A DNA stretch of 64,000 nucleotides from Escherichia coli (GCF_046105845.1 NZ_CP151004.1); one strand, 5' to 3'; counted from the stretch's first letter, positions 35,476 through 50,094 are shown. Numbers and translations: made by a program. The notes: generated by a model not told the origin, from the letters alone.

Positions 35476-35556
35476 GTGATCAACTACTATAGAAAAATAA
35501 ATCCGAAGGAATGGTAGTCCAGGTTTAGTCATTCAGGCGCTAATAAGGAAGTTAAA

Positions 35557-35868
35557 ATGCACATCATTTCTAAAGCGCCATTTGAAGAGTGTGCGCGCAA
35601 ATATCCTAACGACGCTCTGGCTCTACACTCATTGTATCGGGTTATTAAGGAAACGGATTTTTCTACACCAGAAGAAATGCGAACGGCGTTTCCCAACCTC
35701 GACAATTTTAGATATCGCAACAAATGGTACGTTCTGGATGTCGGCGGGAACAATCTTAGGGTTATTGCCTACATAAACTTTGTTAATAAGCGGTTCTTTG
35801 TGAAGCACATAACGAATCACGCAGAGTATGACAAACTGACACGTTACTACAGAGAGAACAAAGAATGA
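35557..35868 (+). CDS. HigB-family (RelE/ParE superfamily) type II toxin, mRNA interferase
   Basis: 103-aa ORF MHIISKAPFEECARKYPNDALALHSLYRVIKETDFSTPEEMRTAFPNLDNFRYRNKWYVLDVGGNNLRVIAYINF…HAEYD…; shares the MH.I…KYP…FP.LDNF.Y…YV..VGGN.LRV…H.EYD pattern with E. coli HigB but is clearly a different sequence; AAGGAAG ribosome-binding site. Confidence 0.8.
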   Translation: MHIISKAPFEECARKYPNDALALHSLYRVIKETDFSTPEEMRTAFPNLDNFRYRNKWYVLDVGGNNLRVIAYINFVNKRFFVKHITNHAEYDKLTRYYRENKE

Positions 35869-36284
35869 CTGCTAATGCTGCACGCGCTGTTAAAGCAACA
35901 AGAGAACTGGTCAATGCAGTCCCCTTTCTGGGAGGTAGTGACTCAGAAGATGATTATCGTGAAGCACTGGAACTGGTCGAATATTTGATTGAAGAAGATG
36001 ACACCAATCCACTTATCGACTTTCTGGCGAGCCGCATTGCAGAATATGAAAACAACAACGAAAAGTTTGCCGAGTTCGACAAAGCCGTTGCAGCAATGCC
36101 GGTTGGCGTGGCGTTACTTCGTACGCTGATTGATCAACATAATCTGACCTATGCGGATTTGAAGAACGAAATCGGCTCTAAATCCCTGGTCAGTCAGATT
36201 TTGTCTGGACAACGATCCCTGACGATATCCCATATTAAGGCACTTTCAGCCCGATTTGGCGTTAAGCCGGAATGGTTTCTTTGA
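35865..36284 (+). CDS. HigA-family antitoxin (C-terminal XRE helix-turn-helix)
   Basis: 139-aa ORF overlapping the toxin stop by 4 nt (ATGA); C-terminal …IGSKSLVSQILSGQRSLTISHIKALSARFGVKPEWFL is HigA-like. Confidence 0.8.
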   Translation: MTANAARAVKATRELVNAVPFLGGSDSEDDYREALELVEYLIEEDDTNPLIDFLASRIAEYENNNEKFAEFDKAVAAMPVGVALLRTLIDQHNLTYADLKNEIGSKSLVSQILSGQRSLTISHIKALSARFGVKPEWFL

Positions 36285-36310
36285 TTTTGACTGATGCCAA
36301 ACGCCAGATT

Positions 36311-36335
36311 GCCCGATGCGCAACGCTTATCGGGC
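36311..36335. repeat. REP-like palindromic element
   Basis: GCCCGATGCGCAACGCTTATCGGGC (7-bp arms GCCCGAT/ATCGGGC) between the higA-like stop and the convergent ascB stop. Confidence 0.4.
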
Positions 36336-36362
36336 TTTCCTGGTTAGTGCGACAGTAGTTAC

Positions 36363-39253
<2,891 letters not shown>

Positions 39254-39512
39254 CGGATTTTATCCTGTTATCAGTAGGGTAGATGTAGTTGTTATCAGTC
39301 GACGTGACGGAAAAATGCCGATGCTGAAACGGAATTAGGAAACCGGTTTCACAAAATCATGAATAGTTGTCACTAAATAAGCAAGAGAGTTAATTGTTCA
39401 TTTTTTATATTTGTGAAACCGGTCACCTGAATATTTTTCCCGCCGATTGCGCAAGGACAATCGGCAAACGGTGCAGTACACTGCGTTGATTGCGTGTAAA
39501 GGGATGAAAATG

Positions 39513-40523
39513 ATGACGACGATGCTGGAAGTGGCGAAGCGCGCCGGGGTTTCAAAAGCGACCGTTTCCCGCGTGCTTTCAGGTAATGGCTACGTCAGCC
39601 AGGAGACTAAAGATCGCGTGTTTCAGGCGGTAGAAGAGAGCGGTTACCGTCCAAACTTGCTGGCGCGCAATCTGTCGGCGAAGAGTACTCAGACGCTGGG
39701 GCTGGTCGTGACCAACACACTTTACCACGGCATTTATTTTAGTGAATTACTCTTTCATGCCGCGCGAATGGCGGAAGAGAAAGGGCGACAGTTGCTATTG
39801 GCAGATGGTAAACACAGCGCCGAAGAAGAGCGCCAGGCGATTCAGTATCTGCTGGATTTGCGCTGCGACGCCATTATGATTTACCCGCGTTTTTTAAGTG
39901 TGGATGAGATCGATGACATCATTGACGCGCACAGTCAGCCGATAATGGTGCTTAATCGCCGCCTGCGCAAAAACAGCAGCCATAGCGTCTGGTGCGATCA
40001 TAAACAGACCAGCTTTAACGCCGTGGCAGAGTTGATAAACGCCGGACATCAGGAGATTGCTTTCCTTACCGGCTCGATGGATTCCCCCACCAGCGTTGAA
40101 CGTCTTGCCGGGTATAAAGACGCGCTGGCGCAGCATGGTATTGCGCTCAATGAAAAACTTATCGCTAACGGTAAATGGACGCCTGCCAGCGGGGCCGAAG
40201 GGGTAGAAACGTTGCTCGAACGTGGGGCTAAATTTAGCGCGTTAGTTGCCAGTAACGACGATATGGCGATAGGTGCGATGAAAGCGTTGCACGAGCGCGG
40301 CGTAGCGGTGCCAGAGCAGGTGTCAGTTATCGGATTCGATGATATCGCTATTGCCCCCTACACCGTTCCGGCGCTCTCCAGCGTAAAAATTCCGGTGACT
40401 GAGATGATTCAGGAAATTATTGGACGGCTGATTTTTATGCTCGATGGCGGGGATTTCTCACCGCCGAAAACCTTCAGCGGAAAACTGATCCGCCGCGGCT
40501 CCCTCATTGCTCTTTCGCAATAA
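39513..40523 (+). CDS. ascG: LacI/GalR-family repressor of the asc operon
   Basis: Internal ATG of track ORF gives MTTMLEVAKRAGVSKATVSRVLSGNGYVSQ… (336 aa); divergent from ascFB. Confidence 0.92.
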   Translation: MTTMLEVAKRAGVSKATVSRVLSGNGYVSQETKDRVFQAVEESGYRPNLLARNLSAKSTQTLGLVVTNTLYHGIYFSELLFHAARMAEEKGRQLLLADGKHSAEEERQAIQYLLDLRCDAIMIYPRFLSVDEIDDIIDAHSQPIMVLNRRLRKNSSHSVWCDHKQTSFNAVAELINAGHQEIAFLTGSMDSPTSVERLAGYKDALAQHGIALNEKLIANGKWTPASGAEGVETLLERGAKFSALVASNDDMAIGAMKALHERGVAVPEQVSVIGFDDIAIAPYTVPALSSVKIPVTEMIQEIIGRLIFMLDGGDFSPPKTFSGKLIRRGSLIALSQ

Positions 40524-40537
40524 ACATTGTCATCACA

Positions 40538-40571
40538 TGTCATCGTCACTAGTGTCGATGACATCGTTTTT
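40538..40571 (+). terminator. Hairpin plus T-run after ascG (candidate terminator, or regulatory inverted repeat upstream of hydN)
   Basis: Near-perfect 24-26-bp inverted repeat TGTCATCGTCACTAGTGTCGATGACA followed by TCGTTTTT, about 15 nt after the ascG stop and about 100 nt before hydN. Confidence 0.4.
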
Positions 40572-40671
40572 CCTGCATTACAGAATTTAATTTCTTTAAA
40601 TAACAGTAAATTAAAAACTGGCATGATTTGTGAATGTATCGGCGCATTAACTGTCATTGCTGGAGAATTTG

Positions 40672-41199
40672 ATGAACCGTTTCATCATTGCTGACGCGAG
40701 TAAATGTATTGGTTGCCGTACCTGTGAAGTGGCGTGCGTGGTTTCTCATCAGGAGAATCAGGACTGTGCATCGCTGACCCCGGAAACTTTTTTACCGCGA
40801 ATCCATGTCATTAAAGGTGTGAACATTTCCACGGCAACAGTCTGCCGTCAGTGTGAAGATGCACCGTGCGCTAACGTCTGCCCGAATGGTGCTATCAGTC
40901 GTGATAAAGGGTTTGTTCATGTGATGCAGGAACGTTGTATTGGTTGCAAAACCTGCGTTGTGGCTTGCCCGTATGGCGCGATGGAAGTGGTGGTACGTCC
41001 GGTGATTCGCAACAGCGGCGCGGGGCTGAATGTACGGGCTGACAAAGCCGAAGCCAATAAATGCGACCTCTGTAACCATCGTGAAGACGGCCCGGCGTGT
41101 ATGGCGGCTTGCCCGACTCATGCGCTGATTTGTGTCGATCGTAATAAACTTGAACAACTGAGCGCAGAAAAACGCCGCCGTACGGCGCTGATGTTCTAA
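40672..41199 (+). CDS. hydN: Formate dehydrogenase-H associated 4Fe-4S electron transfer protein HydN
   Basis: Internal ATG of track ORF gives [22 protein letters not shown]… (175 aa) with four ferredoxin-type clusters. Confidence 0.92.
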   Translation: MNRFIIADASKCIGCRTCEVACVVSHQENQDCASLTPETFLPRIHVIKGVNISTATVCRQCEDAPCANVCPNGAISRDKGFVHVMQERCIGCKTCVVACPYGAMEVVVRPVIRNSGAGLNVRADKAEANKCDLCNHREDGPACMAACPTHALICVDRNKLEQLSAEKRRRTALMF

Positions 41200-41351
41200 A
41201 AATCTTACAGAACTGTTCTGGCATCAAAGGAATTCCCGGAAATATTCGTAGAATACGGAGCGGGCGGTATCGCCGACCTGTGACTGCCGGATGCGACGCT
41301 GTCGTGTCCGGCTGGGCGGGTTACGCAATTCATGATGGCGGGAATAACTCA

Positions 41352-43592
41352 ATGGCAAAAAACATATCTTGCGGTGTCCAACTGCGTATTCGTGGCAAAG
41401 TGCAGGGCGTCGGTTTTCGTCCGTTTGTCTGGCAGCTGGCACAGCAATTAAATCTTCACGGCGATGTCTGTAATGACGGCGATGGCGTAGAAGTCCGGCT
41501 GCTGGAAGACCCGGAAACGTTTCTTGTGCAGTTGCATCAGCACTGCCCGCCGCTGGCGCGTATTGATAGCGTCGAGCGTGAGCCGTTTATCTGGTCACAA
41601 CTGCCCACTGAGTTCACTATCCGCCAGAGCACAGGCGGCACCATGAATACGCAAATTGTCCCGGATGCCGCCACTTGCCCTGCTTGCCTTGCCGAAATGA
41701 ATACCCCGGGCGAGCGGCGTTATCGTTATCCGTTTATCAACTGTACCCACTGCGGCCCACGTTTCACCATTATTCGCGCGATGCCTTACGACCGCCCGTT
41801 TACCGTGATGGCGGCGTTTCCGCTGTGTCCGGCCTGTGACAAAGAATATCGCGACCCGCTCGATCGTCGCTTCCACGCCCAGCCGGTGGCCTGCCCGGAG
41901 TGTGGCCCACATCTTGAATGGGTAAGTCATGGTGAACATGCAGAACAAGAGGCGGCATTACAGGCAGCTATCGCACAGTTAAAAATGGGCAACATTGTCG
42001 CCATCAAAGGGATTGGCGGATTTCATCTCGCCTGCGATGCGCGTAACAGTAACGCGGTGGCGACACTGCGGGCGCGCAAACATCGCCCGGCGAAACCGCT
42101 GGCGGTTATGTTGCCAGTGGCAGAAGGTTTACCAGACGCTGCCCGTCAGTTGCTTACCACACCCGCCGCGCCGATTGTGCTGGTGGATAAAAAATACGTT
42201 CCTGAGCTTTGTGATGATATCGCCCCTGGCCTTAACGAAGTTGGGGTGATGTTGCCTGCGAATCCGCTTCAGCATTTGCTGTTACAGGAACTGCAATGTC
42301 CGCTGGTGATGACCTCCGGCAACCTGAGCGGTAAACCACCGGCTATCAGCAACGAACAGGCGCTGGCGGATTTGCAGGGCATTGCCGACGGATTCTTGAT
42401 ACATAACCGCGACATCGTGCAGCGGATGGATGATTCGGTGGTGCGTGAAAGCGGCGAAATGCTGCGCCGTTCGCGGGGGTATGTGCCGGATGCGCTGGCT
42501 TTGCCTCCGGGCTTTAAAAATGTTCCGCCTGTGCTGTGTCTCGGCGCGGATCTGAAAAATACCTTCTGCCTGGTGCGCGGTGAACAAGCAGTGTTGAGTC
42601 AGCATCTGGGCGATTTAAGTGACGATGGCATCCAGATGCAGTGGCGCGAAGCGTTACGCCTGATGCAAAACATCTACGATTTTACCCCGCAATACGTTGT
42701 GCATGACGCACATCCGGGCTATGTCTCCAGCCAGTGGGCGCGCGAAATGAATCTGCCGACGCAAACGGTGCTGCATCATCATGCTCATGCGGCGGCGTGT
42801 CTGGCAGAACATCACTGGCCGCTGGATGGCGGTGATGTCATTGCGTTGACGCTCGACGGTATCGGTATGGGGGAGAACGGCGCTTTATGGGGCGGCGAGT
42901 GCCTGCGGGTGAACTATCGCGAATGCCAGCACCTGGGCGGCTTGCCAGCGGTGGCGCTTCCGGGGGGCGATTTGGCTGCAAAGCAGCCGTGGCGTAACCT
43001 GCTGGCGCAGTGCCTGCGCTTTGTGCCGGAGTGGCAGAATTACCCTGAAACGACAAGTGTGCAACAGCAAAACTGGAGCGTGCTGGCGCGGGCCATTGAG
43101 CGTGGAATTAACGCGCCGCTGGCGTCATCGTGTGGGCGTTTGTTCGATGCTGTGGCGGCGGCGCTGGGCTGTGCGCCAGCCACGTTAAGTTATGAAGGTG
43201 AAGCAGCTTGTGCTCTGGAGGCGCTCGCAGCTTCGTGCGACGGAGTGACGCATCCGGTGACGATGCCGCTGGTGGACAATCAACTGGATCTCGCCACTTT
43301 CTGGCAGCAGTGGCTGAACTGGCAGGCACCGGTTAATCAACGCGCGTGGGCGTTTCATGATGCGCTGGCGCAGGGTTTTGCCGCGTTGATGCGTGAGCAG
43401 GCCACGATGCGCGGTATCACTACGCTGGTATTTAGCGGTGGGGTTATTCATAACCGATTGCTGCGTACACGCCTGGCGCATTATCTCGCTGATTTCACAT
43501 TGCTCTTTCCGCAGAGTTTACCGGCGGGTGATGGCGGCTTGTCTCTGGGGCAGGGGGTTATTGCTGCGGCGCGCATCCTGCATACTGCATAG
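41352..43592 (+). CDS. hypF: Hydrogenase maturation carbamoyltransferase HypF
   Basis: Internal ATG of track ORF gives [30 protein letters not shown]… (about 747 aa): acylphosphatase domain, two zinc-finger CxxC pairs, YrdC and Kae1-like domains. Confidence 0.93.
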   Translation: MAKNISCGVQLRIRGKVQGVGFRPFVWQLAQQLNLHGDVCNDGDGVEVRLLEDPETFLVQLHQHCPPLARIDSVEREPFIWSQLPTEFTIRQSTGGTMNTQIVPDAATCPACLAEMNTPGERRYRYPFINCTHCGPRFTIIRAMPYDRPFTVMAAFPLCPACDKEYRDPLDRRFHAQPVACPECGPHLEWVSHGEHAEQEAALQAAIAQLKMGNIVAIKGIGGFHLACDARNSNAVATLRARKHRPAKPLAVMLPVAEGLPDAARQLLTTPAAPIVLVDKKYVPELCDDIAPGLNEVGVMLPANPLQHLLLQELQCPLVMTSGNLSGKPPAISNEQALADLQGIADGFLIHNRDIVQRMDDSVVRESGEMLRRSRGYVPDALALPPGFKNVPPVLCLGADLKNTFCLVRGEQAVLSQHLGDLSDDGIQMQWREALRLMQNIYDFTPQYVVHDAHPGYVSSQWAREMNLPTQTVLHHHAHAAACLAEHHWPLDGGDVIALTLDGIGMGENGALWGGECLRVNYRECQHLGGLPAVALPGGDLAAKQPWRNLLAQCLRFVPEWQNYPETTSVQQQNWSVLARAIERGINAPLASSCGRLFDAVAAALGCAPATLSYEGEAACALEALAASCDGVTHPVTMPLVDNQLDLATFWQQWLNWQAPVNQRAWAFHDALAQGFAALMREQATMRGITTLVFSGGVIHNRLLRTRLAHYLADFTLLFPQSLPAGDGGLSLGQGVIAAARILHTA

Positions 43593-43635
43593 TGGCGGAT
43601 GTGGCGTAACTAAGCGTAAATAGAGCGCGGACAGT

Positions 43636-43657
43636 CCCCTCGCCCTTTGGGCGAGGG
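43636..43657. terminator. GC-rich hairpin between the convergent hypF and norW genes (candidate bidirectional terminator)
   Basis: CCCCTCGCCCTTTGGGCGAGGG (9-bp stem) in the 77-bp spacer between the hypF stop and the norW stop. Confidence 0.45.
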
Positions 43658-43669
43658 AGAAAAACATGC

Positions 43670-44803
43670 CTATACCGGCAACGTTTTCAACAATCCAAAT
43701 GCCTCTTTCATCCTATCCTCACTGACCACAAAGGCGCGAAGCTGGTCAGCATCGTCAACGCCGCGCGCCACCATTCCCTGGCGTTCGGTATTAATTTGCC
43801 AGCGTAAATCCTGACGCTGGGTTTCGCCTGCCAGATGCAGCGGTAATTCCGGCGTTTTGATTTTCACCAGCATCGCCGGGAGTTTCAGCGGCGTGTTATT
43901 GCCGAGAAGATTTTTTGCCAGCACCATCGCGCTAAGTTGAATCGGCTGGAGGAACGGCAATACCTGACCGTTAATTTCCGCGCAATCGCCCAGCGCATAA
44001 ATATCGGCATTACTGGTTTGCAGATAACTATCGACGCAAACGCCGCGATTAATCGTCAGCCCGGCGCGTCGTGCCAGGGCGGTTTCCGGGCGCAGCCCGG
44101 TGGCGGCAATTATCGCATCCACTTCGATGCAACGCTGGCGGTCCAGCGTTGCCAGAATGCCAGAATCCGTTTTTTCCAGCCCCTGCAACTGAGATTTTAA
44201 CAGCAGATGAACGCCCATCTCCGTCAACCGATGCTGTAAGCGGCTGCTTACTTCCGGTGGCATTAACGATGCCAGAATACTGGCAGCGTTGTCGATTAGC
44301 GTGACCGCTTTGCCTGCACGACAAAAATCCATCGCCAGTTCGCTACCAATCAAACCACCGCCGACAATCAACACGCGTCGGGCATCCCGCAGTTGCGTTT
44401 CACAGGCGCGATACTCTTGCTGACTATTTAACGTCAGCATTAACTCACGCCCGGGCACTGGCGGGACAAAGGCGCTGGCACCGGTTGCCAGCACTAACTT
44501 GTCGTATTGCCACTGATTATTCTGACTTTTCACCACATGGGCTTCGGCATCGATATCCGTTACCCAGGTGTGCGGAAACAGGCGCAGATTAAACTGCTCG
44601 GCAAATTCACCCGCTGTCTGGCGGGTAAGGTCATCGGCACGTTGCCCATGGCTGATAACATGGCTGAGATCCGGTTTGTTGTACTCATCCATGCTGTCGG
44701 CGGCAATCAGGGTTAATGGAATACTGGCGTCCTGTTTGCGAATATTTTTCACCAGTTGGCGGGCGGCGAAGCCCGAACCAATGATCACAATGCCGTTGCT
44801 CAT
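43670..44803 (-). CDS. norW: NADH:flavorubredoxin oxidoreductase
   Basis: 377-aa ORF with FAD/NAD Rossmann motifs ([16 protein letters not shown]). Confidence 0.93.
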   Translation of the reverse strand: MSNGIVIIGSGFAARQLVKNIRKQDASIPLTLIAADSMDEYNKPDLSHVISHGQRADDLTRQTAGEFAEQFNLRLFPHTWVTDIDAEAHVVKSQNNQWQYDKLVLATGASAFVPPVPGRELMLTLNSQQEYRACETQLRDARRVLIVGGGLIGSELAMDFCRAGKAVTLIDNAASILASLMPPEVSSRLQHRLTEMGVHLLLKSQLQGLEKTDSGILATLDRQRCIEVDAIIAATGLRPETALARRAGLTINRGVCVDSYLQTSNADIYALGDCAEINGQVLPFLQPIQLSAMVLAKNLLGNNTPLKLPAMLVKIKTPELPLHLAGETQRQDLRWQINTERQGMVARGVDDADQLRAFVVSEDRMKEAFGLLKTLPV

Positions 44804-46239
44804 TTTGCCTCCGATGCCAGTTCGTCAAAGACGTCTTTGCCAAGGGAGCATTCCGGGCACAGGAAGTTATCCGGGACTTCACTCCACGGCGTTCCTGGTG
44901 CAACGTCCTGCATTGGCTCGCCTTTTGCCGGATCGTAAATCCACTGGCAGACGCTGCACTGCATCCGTGGGCCGAGGTCAGCCGTCGTGGTGGCAGAGGT
45001 TTCTTCTTTAACCACCGTATTCACCGTGCTCTGCGGCAGCGGCGCGAGCGCCCACTGACGGGCAATTTCACGACCGTGTTCACGGCATAACTCCAGCGCG
45101 TCCTGGTCCGGTCGCCATTTGGCTTTCAGGCTAAGCGACATTTCGAAACCTGCATCCTGCAGGCGTGTGGAAAGACGATCCACCGCACCGCCGCTCCAGC
45201 CGTGAGAGCCGAAAGCACTGGCGTGTTTGTTACGGAAGCGTAATCCGGTCATCTCCTCCACCAGCCCGGCGATTTTCGGCATCATCACGTTATTCATCGT
45301 CGAAGTGCCAACCAGCACGCCTTTTGAGCGGAAGACATTGGTCAGGATTTCGTTTTTATCGCTTCGGGCGACGTTGAAAATTTTCACCGCCACGCGTGGG
45401 TCGGTTTCCGCAATCCCCTGGGCGATAGCGTCAGCCATCATGCGGGTATTATTCGACATGGTGTCGTAGAAAATGGTGATTCTGTCTTCCTGATAATCCG
45501 CCGCCCATTTCAGGTACAGCTCGACAATTTGCGTCGGGTTATCGCGCCATACCACGCCGTGAGAGGTCGCTATCATATCGACTGGTAAGTTAAAGCCCAG
45601 GATCTCGGTAATTTTCGGCGTTACCAGACGGCTGAACGGCGTCAGGATATTGGCGTAGTAACGCTGGCACTGCTCGAAAAGCTCCGTCTGATCCACTTCA
45701 TCGTTGAACAGATGCTCGTCGCAGTAGTGCTGACCGAAAGCATCGTTACTGAACAGCACCGCGTCGCCTGTCAGGTAAGTCATCATGCTGTCCGGCCAGT
45801 GCAGCATTGGCGTTTCGACAAAAATGAGCTGTTTGCCGTTGCCGATATCCAGCGTGTCGCCAGTTTTCACCACATTAAAATTCCACTCCGGATGATGGTG
45901 ATGACCATTTATCGAGTCGATAGCGTTGGCAGTACAGTAGATCGGCGTATCGGGAATTTGTGCCATCAGTTCGGTCAGCGCCCCGGCGTGGTCCTCTTCT
46001 GCATGGTTAATCACGATGTAATCGATATCCGCCAGATCGATTTCATTACGCAGGTTCTGCACAAATTCGCGGCTGAATTTATGGTCGACGGTGTCGATCA
46101 GTACGTTTTTTTCTTCGCGAATGAGGTAGCTGTTGTAGCTGCTGCCGCGCAGCGTTTTATATTCCGTGCCGTGAAAATCACGCACTTCCCAGTCACGTTG
46201 ACCAACCCAATGAATGTTATTTTTCACCACAATAGACAT
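44800..46239 (-). CDS. norV: Anaerobic nitric oxide reductase flavorubredoxin
   Basis: 479-aa ORF: metallo-beta-lactamase-like and flavodoxin domains, C-terminal rubredoxin ([10 protein letters not shown]…CPEC). Confidence 0.95.
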   Translation of the reverse strand: MSIVVKNNIHWVGQRDWEVRDFHGTEYKTLRGSSYNSYLIREEKNVLIDTVDHKFSREFVQNLRNEIDLADIDYIVINHAEEDHAGALTELMAQIPDTPIYCTANAIDSINGHHHHPEWNFNVVKTGDTLDIGNGKQLIFVETPMLHWPDSMMTYLTGDAVLFSNDAFGQHYCDEHLFNDEVDQTELFEQCQRYYANILTPFSRLVTPKITEILGFNLPVDMIATSHGVVWRDNPTQIVELYLKWAADYQEDRITIFYDTMSNNTRMMADAIAQGIAETDPRVAVKIFNVARSDKNEILTNVFRSKGVLVGTSTMNNVMMPKIAGLVEEMTGLRFRNKHASAFGSHGWSGGAVDRLSTRLQDAGFEMSLSLKAKWRPDQDALELCREHGREIARQWALAPLPQSTVNTVVKEETSATTTADLGPRMQCSVCQWIYDPAKGEPMQDVAPGTPWSEVPDNFLCPECSLGKDVFDELASEAK

Positions 46240-46285
46240 AGCAACCTCAATTTATTCAGCGTGTTCTAAAAAGATGTCTTGCTAA

Positions 46286-46302
46286 TTGCAGATTGCGTGC
46301 CA
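46286..46302 (-). promoter_or_regulatory. sigma54 promoter of norVW
   Basis: Minus strand reads TGGCACGCAATCTGCAA with GG/GC at -24/-12 spacing; about 36 nt upstream of the norV start. Confidence 0.6.
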
Positions 46303-46357
46303 GTTTTTTATCTAATTGTTTTTACTATATAAATAAAATTATGCTCATTAATGAGTA

Positions 46358-46413
46358 GTCAAAATGACTATCAATCAAATGGTCGATATGACAATATCTA
46401 TAGTCAAATTGAC
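46358..46413. promoter_or_regulatory. Three NorR binding sites (GT-N7-AC) in the norR-norV intergenic region
   Basis: GTCAAAATGAC (46358..46368), GTCGATATGAC (46382..46392), GTCAAATTGAC (46403..46413), matching the NorR enhancer architecture I recall. Confidence 0.6.
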
Positions 46414-46425
46414 AGTGAGGCAAAG

Positions 46426-47940
46426 ATGAGTTTTTCCGTTGATGTGCTGGCGAATATCGCCATCGAATTGCAGCGTGGGATTGGTCATCAGGATCGTTTT
46501 CAGCGCCTGATCACCACGCTGCGTCAGGTGCTGGAGTGCGATGCGTCTGCATTGCTACGTTACGACTCGCGGCAGTTTATTCCGCTTGCCATCGACGGGC
46601 TGGCAAAGGATGTACTTGGTAGACGCTTTGCGCTGGAAGGTCATCCACGGCTGGAAGCGATTGCCCGCGCCGGGGACGTGGTGCGCTTTCCCGCAGACAG
46701 CGAATTGCCCGATCCCTATGACGGTTTGATTCCCGGGCAGGAGAGTCTGAAGGTTCACGCCTGCGTTGGTCTGCCATTGTTTGCCGGGCAAAACCTGATC
46801 GGCGCATTGACGCTCGACGGGATGCAGCCCGATCAGTTCGATGTTTTCAGCGACGAAGAGTTACGCCTGATTGCCGCGCTGGCGGCGGGAGCGTTAAGCA
46901 ATGCGTTGCTGATTGAGCAACTGGAAAGCCAGAATATGCTGCCGGGCGATGCCGCGCCGTTTGAAGCGGTGAAACAGACGCAGATGATTGGCTTGTCGCC
47001 AGGCATGACGCAATTGAAAAAAGAGATTGAGATTGTGGCGGCGTCCGATCTCAACGTCCTGATCAGCGGTGAGACGGGAACCGGTAAGGAGCTGGTGGCG
47101 AAAGCGATTCATGAAGCCTCGCCACGGGCGGTGAATCCGCTGGTCTATCTCAACTGTGCCGCACTGCCGGAAAGTGTGGCGGAAAGTGAACTGTTCGGGC
47201 ATGTGAAAGGGGCGTTTACTGGCGCTATCAGTAACCGCAGCGGGAAGTTTGAAATGGCGGATAACGGCACACTGTTTCTCGATGAGATCGGCGAGTTGTC
47301 GTTGGCATTGCAGGCCAAGCTGCTGAGGGTGTTGCAGTATGGCGATATTCAGCGCGTTGGCGATGACCGCAGTTTGCGGGTCGATGTGCGCGTGCTGGCG
47401 GCGACTAACCGTGACTTACGGGAAGAGGTACTGGCAGGGCGATTTCGCGCCGATTTGTTTCATCGCCTGAGCGTGTTTCCACTTTCAGTGCCGCCGCTGC
47501 GTGAGCGGGGCGATGATGTCATTCTGCTGGCGGGGTATTTCTGCGAGCAGTGTCGTTTGCGGCTGGGGCTCTCCCGCGTGGTATTAAGCGCCGGAGCGCG
47601 AAATTTACTGCAACACTACAGTTTTCCGGGGAACGTGCGTGAACTGGAACATGCTATTTATCGGGCGGTAGTGCTGGCGAGAGCGACCCGCAGCGGCGAT
47701 GAAGTGATTCTTGAGGCGCAACATTTTGCTTTTCCTGAGGTGACGTTGCCGCCGCCAGAAGCGGCGGCGGTGCTCGTTGTTAAGCAAAATCTGCGTGAAG
47801 CGACAGAAGCGTTCCAGCGTGAAACCATTCGCCAGGCACTGGCACAAAATCATCACAACTGGGCTGCCTGCGCGCGAATGCTGGAAACTGACGTCGCCAA
47901 CCTGCATCGGCTGGCGAAACGTCTGGGATTGAAGGATTAA
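46426..47940 (+). CDS. norR: Nitric oxide-responsive sigma54 activator NorR
   Basis: Internal ATG of track ORF gives [28 protein letters not shown]… (504 aa): GAF domain, AAA+ (GETGTGKE), C-terminal helix-turn-helix. Confidence 0.93.
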   Translation: MSFSVDVLANIAIELQRGIGHQDRFQRLITTLRQVLECDASALLRYDSRQFIPLAIDGLAKDVLGRRFALEGHPRLEAIARAGDVVRFPADSELPDPYDGLIPGQESLKVHACVGLPLFAGQNLIGALTLDGMQPDQFDVFSDEELRLIAALAAGALSNALLIEQLESQNMLPGDAAPFEAVKQTQMIGLSPGMTQLKKEIEIVAASDLNVLISGETGTGKELVAKAIHEASPRAVNPLVYLNCAALPESVAESELFGHVKGAFTGAISNRSGKFEMADNGTLFLDEIGELSLALQAKLLRVLQYGDIQRVGDDRSLRVDVRVLAATNRDLREEVLAGRFRADLFHRLSVFPLSVPPLRERGDDVILLAGYFCEQCRLRLGLSRVVLSAGARNLLQHYSFPGNVRELEHAIYRAVVLARATRSGDEVILEAQHFAFPEVTLPPPEAAAVLVVKQNLREATEAFQRETIRQALAQNHHNWAACARMLETDVANLHRLAKRLGLKD

Positions 47941-48902
47941 ATAATCCCGGCCTGATAGAAATCCTGCAGGTTAATTGCGCCGGTGAGTTTGCCGTTTTCA
48001 TCCACCACCGGTGCGGCAGTGATTTTGCGCTTCATCAGGATCTCTTTGGCGTCGATGGCGCGACTTTGTGCCTGTAATGTGGTGCCGCCTGTCGTCATCG
48101 CTTCATTAACTGGCGTGGTGAGTGCGCCGCCGCCAACCAGCCAGCGACGTAAATCGCCGTCGGTAAAGACGCCTTGTACCTGTTGTTGAGCGTCACATAC
48201 CGCCACCAGCCCCAGACCGGTGCGACTGAGCTCCAGCATCGCATCCATCACGCTGGCGGTTAACGCTACCTGCGGGATAGCGTCATCACGGCGCATCAGA
48301 TGATGCACTTTATTCAGCAAGCGAGCGCCCAGTGCCCCGGCTGGGTGGGAGCGGGCAAAATCTTCTTCATTAAATCCGCGCGCCTGCATGACCGCCATCG
48401 CCAGCGCGTCACCCATCATCAGGGTATTGACGGTGCTGGAGGTCGGCGCAAGGTGCATCGGGCAGGCTTCGCGTTCTACGGAGATATCCAGCACCGCTTT
48501 CGCCGCCAGGCCCAGCGGTGACGTCGGTTTGCCGGTCATCGCCAGCAGCGCGATAGATTTATCTTCCAGACGCGGAATAATCAGATCCAGTTCCTTCGCG
48601 CCACCGGAGTAAGAGATAAACAGCATCACATCGCGGCTTTCAATCATCCCCAGATCGCCGTGCAGTGCTTCTGCCGGATGGACAAAAAAAGCCGGTGTGC
48701 CAGTGCTGGCAAGCGTTGCGGCGATTTTCTTACCTATGTGGCCCGATTTGCCAATTCCCGAAACCACCACTTTGCCTTCGCAGTGCAGGATGATATTGGC
48801 GGCGCGAACAAAATCATCGCCCAGACGTTCCGGTAAACGGCTTGCTTCCTGCAACTCCAGCATTAACGTCTGACGTCCCGCGTTCAGTAGTGCTTCACTC
48901 AT
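47937..48902 (-). CDS. gutQ: D-arabinose 5-phosphate isomerase (SIS plus CBS domains)
   Basis: 321-aa [30 protein letters not shown]…; last gene of the sorbitol operon. Confidence 0.92.
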   Translation of the reverse strand: MSEALLNAGRQTLMLELQEASRLPERLGDDFVRAANIILHCEGKVVVSGIGKSGHIGKKIAATLASTGTPAFFVHPAEALHGDLGMIESRDVMLFISYSGGAKELDLIIPRLEDKSIALLAMTGKPTSPLGLAAKAVLDISVEREACPMHLAPTSSTVNTLMMGDALAMAVMQARGFNEEDFARSHPAGALGARLLNKVHHLMRRDDAIPQVALTASVMDAMLELSRTGLGLVAVCDAQQQVQGVFTDGDLRRWLVGGGALTTPVNEAMTTGGTTLQAQSRAIDAKEILMKRKITAAPVVDENGKLTGAINLQDFYQAGII

Positions 48903-49668
48903 TGCTCTCTCCGGTTATGATCACATCGATCCCTTTCTTTTCCAGCGCCTGACGAAACGCTGGATCGATACCTGCGTCGGTAATTAGCTTATCGACGCTT
49001 TCAAGACTGCAAACTACGTTGGGGCTTTTACGGCCAAACTTTGATGAGTCCGCCATCAAAATCACTTCGCGAGCGGCATTGCACATTGCCTTACTGACGG
49101 TATAAACCTCGTTGAACGTGGTTACGCCCGCATTGAGATCGATGCCGTCGGTGCCCATAAACAATTTATCGAAGGTGAAATGCTCGAAGGCATTCTCTGC
49201 CAGTTGCCCGTGAAATGAGGCCGATTTTTTACGAAATGTTCCGCCTGGCATCAGGATAGTTTGTTCGTTATCCAGTTCGGATAGCGCATTGACGATATGC
49301 AGGCTGTTGGTCATCACTGTGATGTTATTAAAGCGCGAGAGCAGGGGAACCATCTGCAAAACGGTACTGCCAGCATCAAGAATGATCGAATCGCCATCAT
49401 GGATAAAACTAACGGCAGCTTCTGCAATCAGCTCTTTCTTGTGGGTGTTGATGAGTGTTTTATGATCGATAGGCGGATCGGATTCCTCTTTATTCAACAC
49501 CACTCCGCCATAAGTACGAATGACGGTTCCGGCATGTTCCAGAATGACCAGATCTTTGCGGATGGTTGTGCCTGTGGTGTCAAAGTATTGCGCCAATTCT
49601 TCAACCGAGCATTTACCCTGCTTTTGCAGATACTCCAGAATGGCGGCCTGACGCTGACGAGGTTTCAT
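48895..49668 (-). CDS. srlR: DeoR-family glucitol operon repressor
   Basis: 257-aa [32 protein letters not shown]…. Confidence 0.92.
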   Translation of the reverse strand: MKPRQRQAAILEYLQKQGKCSVEELAQYFDTTGTTIRKDLVILEHAGTVIRTYGGVVLNKEESDPPIDHKTLINTHKKELIAEAAVSFIHDGDSIILDAGSTVLQMVPLLSRFNNITVMTNSLHIVNALSELDNEQTILMPGGTFRKKSASFHGQLAENAFEHFTFDKLFMGTDGIDLNAGVTTFNEVYTVSKAMCNAAREVILMADSSKFGRKSPNVVCSLESVDKLITDAGIDPAFRQALEKKGIDVIITGESNE

Positions 49669-49734
49669 GGGCGTGATTACCTGATTTAGGTTTCAAAATG
49701 ATAACTTCGCAAGCAAGTAACATTCACAACGAAA

Positions 49735-50094
49735 TTATCCACGTTTCAGTTTAAGCGCCAATGATAGAGCATTCTGTGATAGTGGATCATGGGGAAAGAT
49801 CACATCGGGCTGTAAATCACCCGCATACATACCGGTAATTGCGGGAATTTTTTGCGGTCGGGCGAAGACGGTCAGTCCTTTCATAAACAAGGTGTCGACG
49901 ATGCGTTGCTGATCGTCCAGGGCGATGGCGACCACGACCCGCGGTTTAAAGCGCCCGCTGGAACGGCCCACGCCAACCCGCCCTTGCTGGCATAGTGTGT
50001 CGAAGGCACGGTTAAAACGAGAAATTTGCCAACCGCCTAAGGCCAGTTGCGCACACCAGGCGATAACGGCGACGGTGATGAGTGCGGATACCAT
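49735..50094 (-). CDS. srlM: Glucitol operon activator GutM
   Basis: 119-aa ORF MVSALITVAVIAWCAQLALGGWQISRFNRAF…. Confidence 0.9.
   Translation of the reverse strand: MVSALITVAVIAWCAQLALGGWQISRFNRAFDTLCQQGRVGVGRSSGRFKPRVVVAIALDDQQRIVDTLFMKGLTVFARPQKIPAITGMYAGDLQPDVIFPHDPLSQNALSLALKLKRG

Noticed and set aside
40600-40640. Possible sigma54 promoter upstream of hydN (CTGGCATGATTTGTGA).
   Set aside because: The -24 element is acceptable but the -12 element lacks the conserved GC; not strong enough to call.
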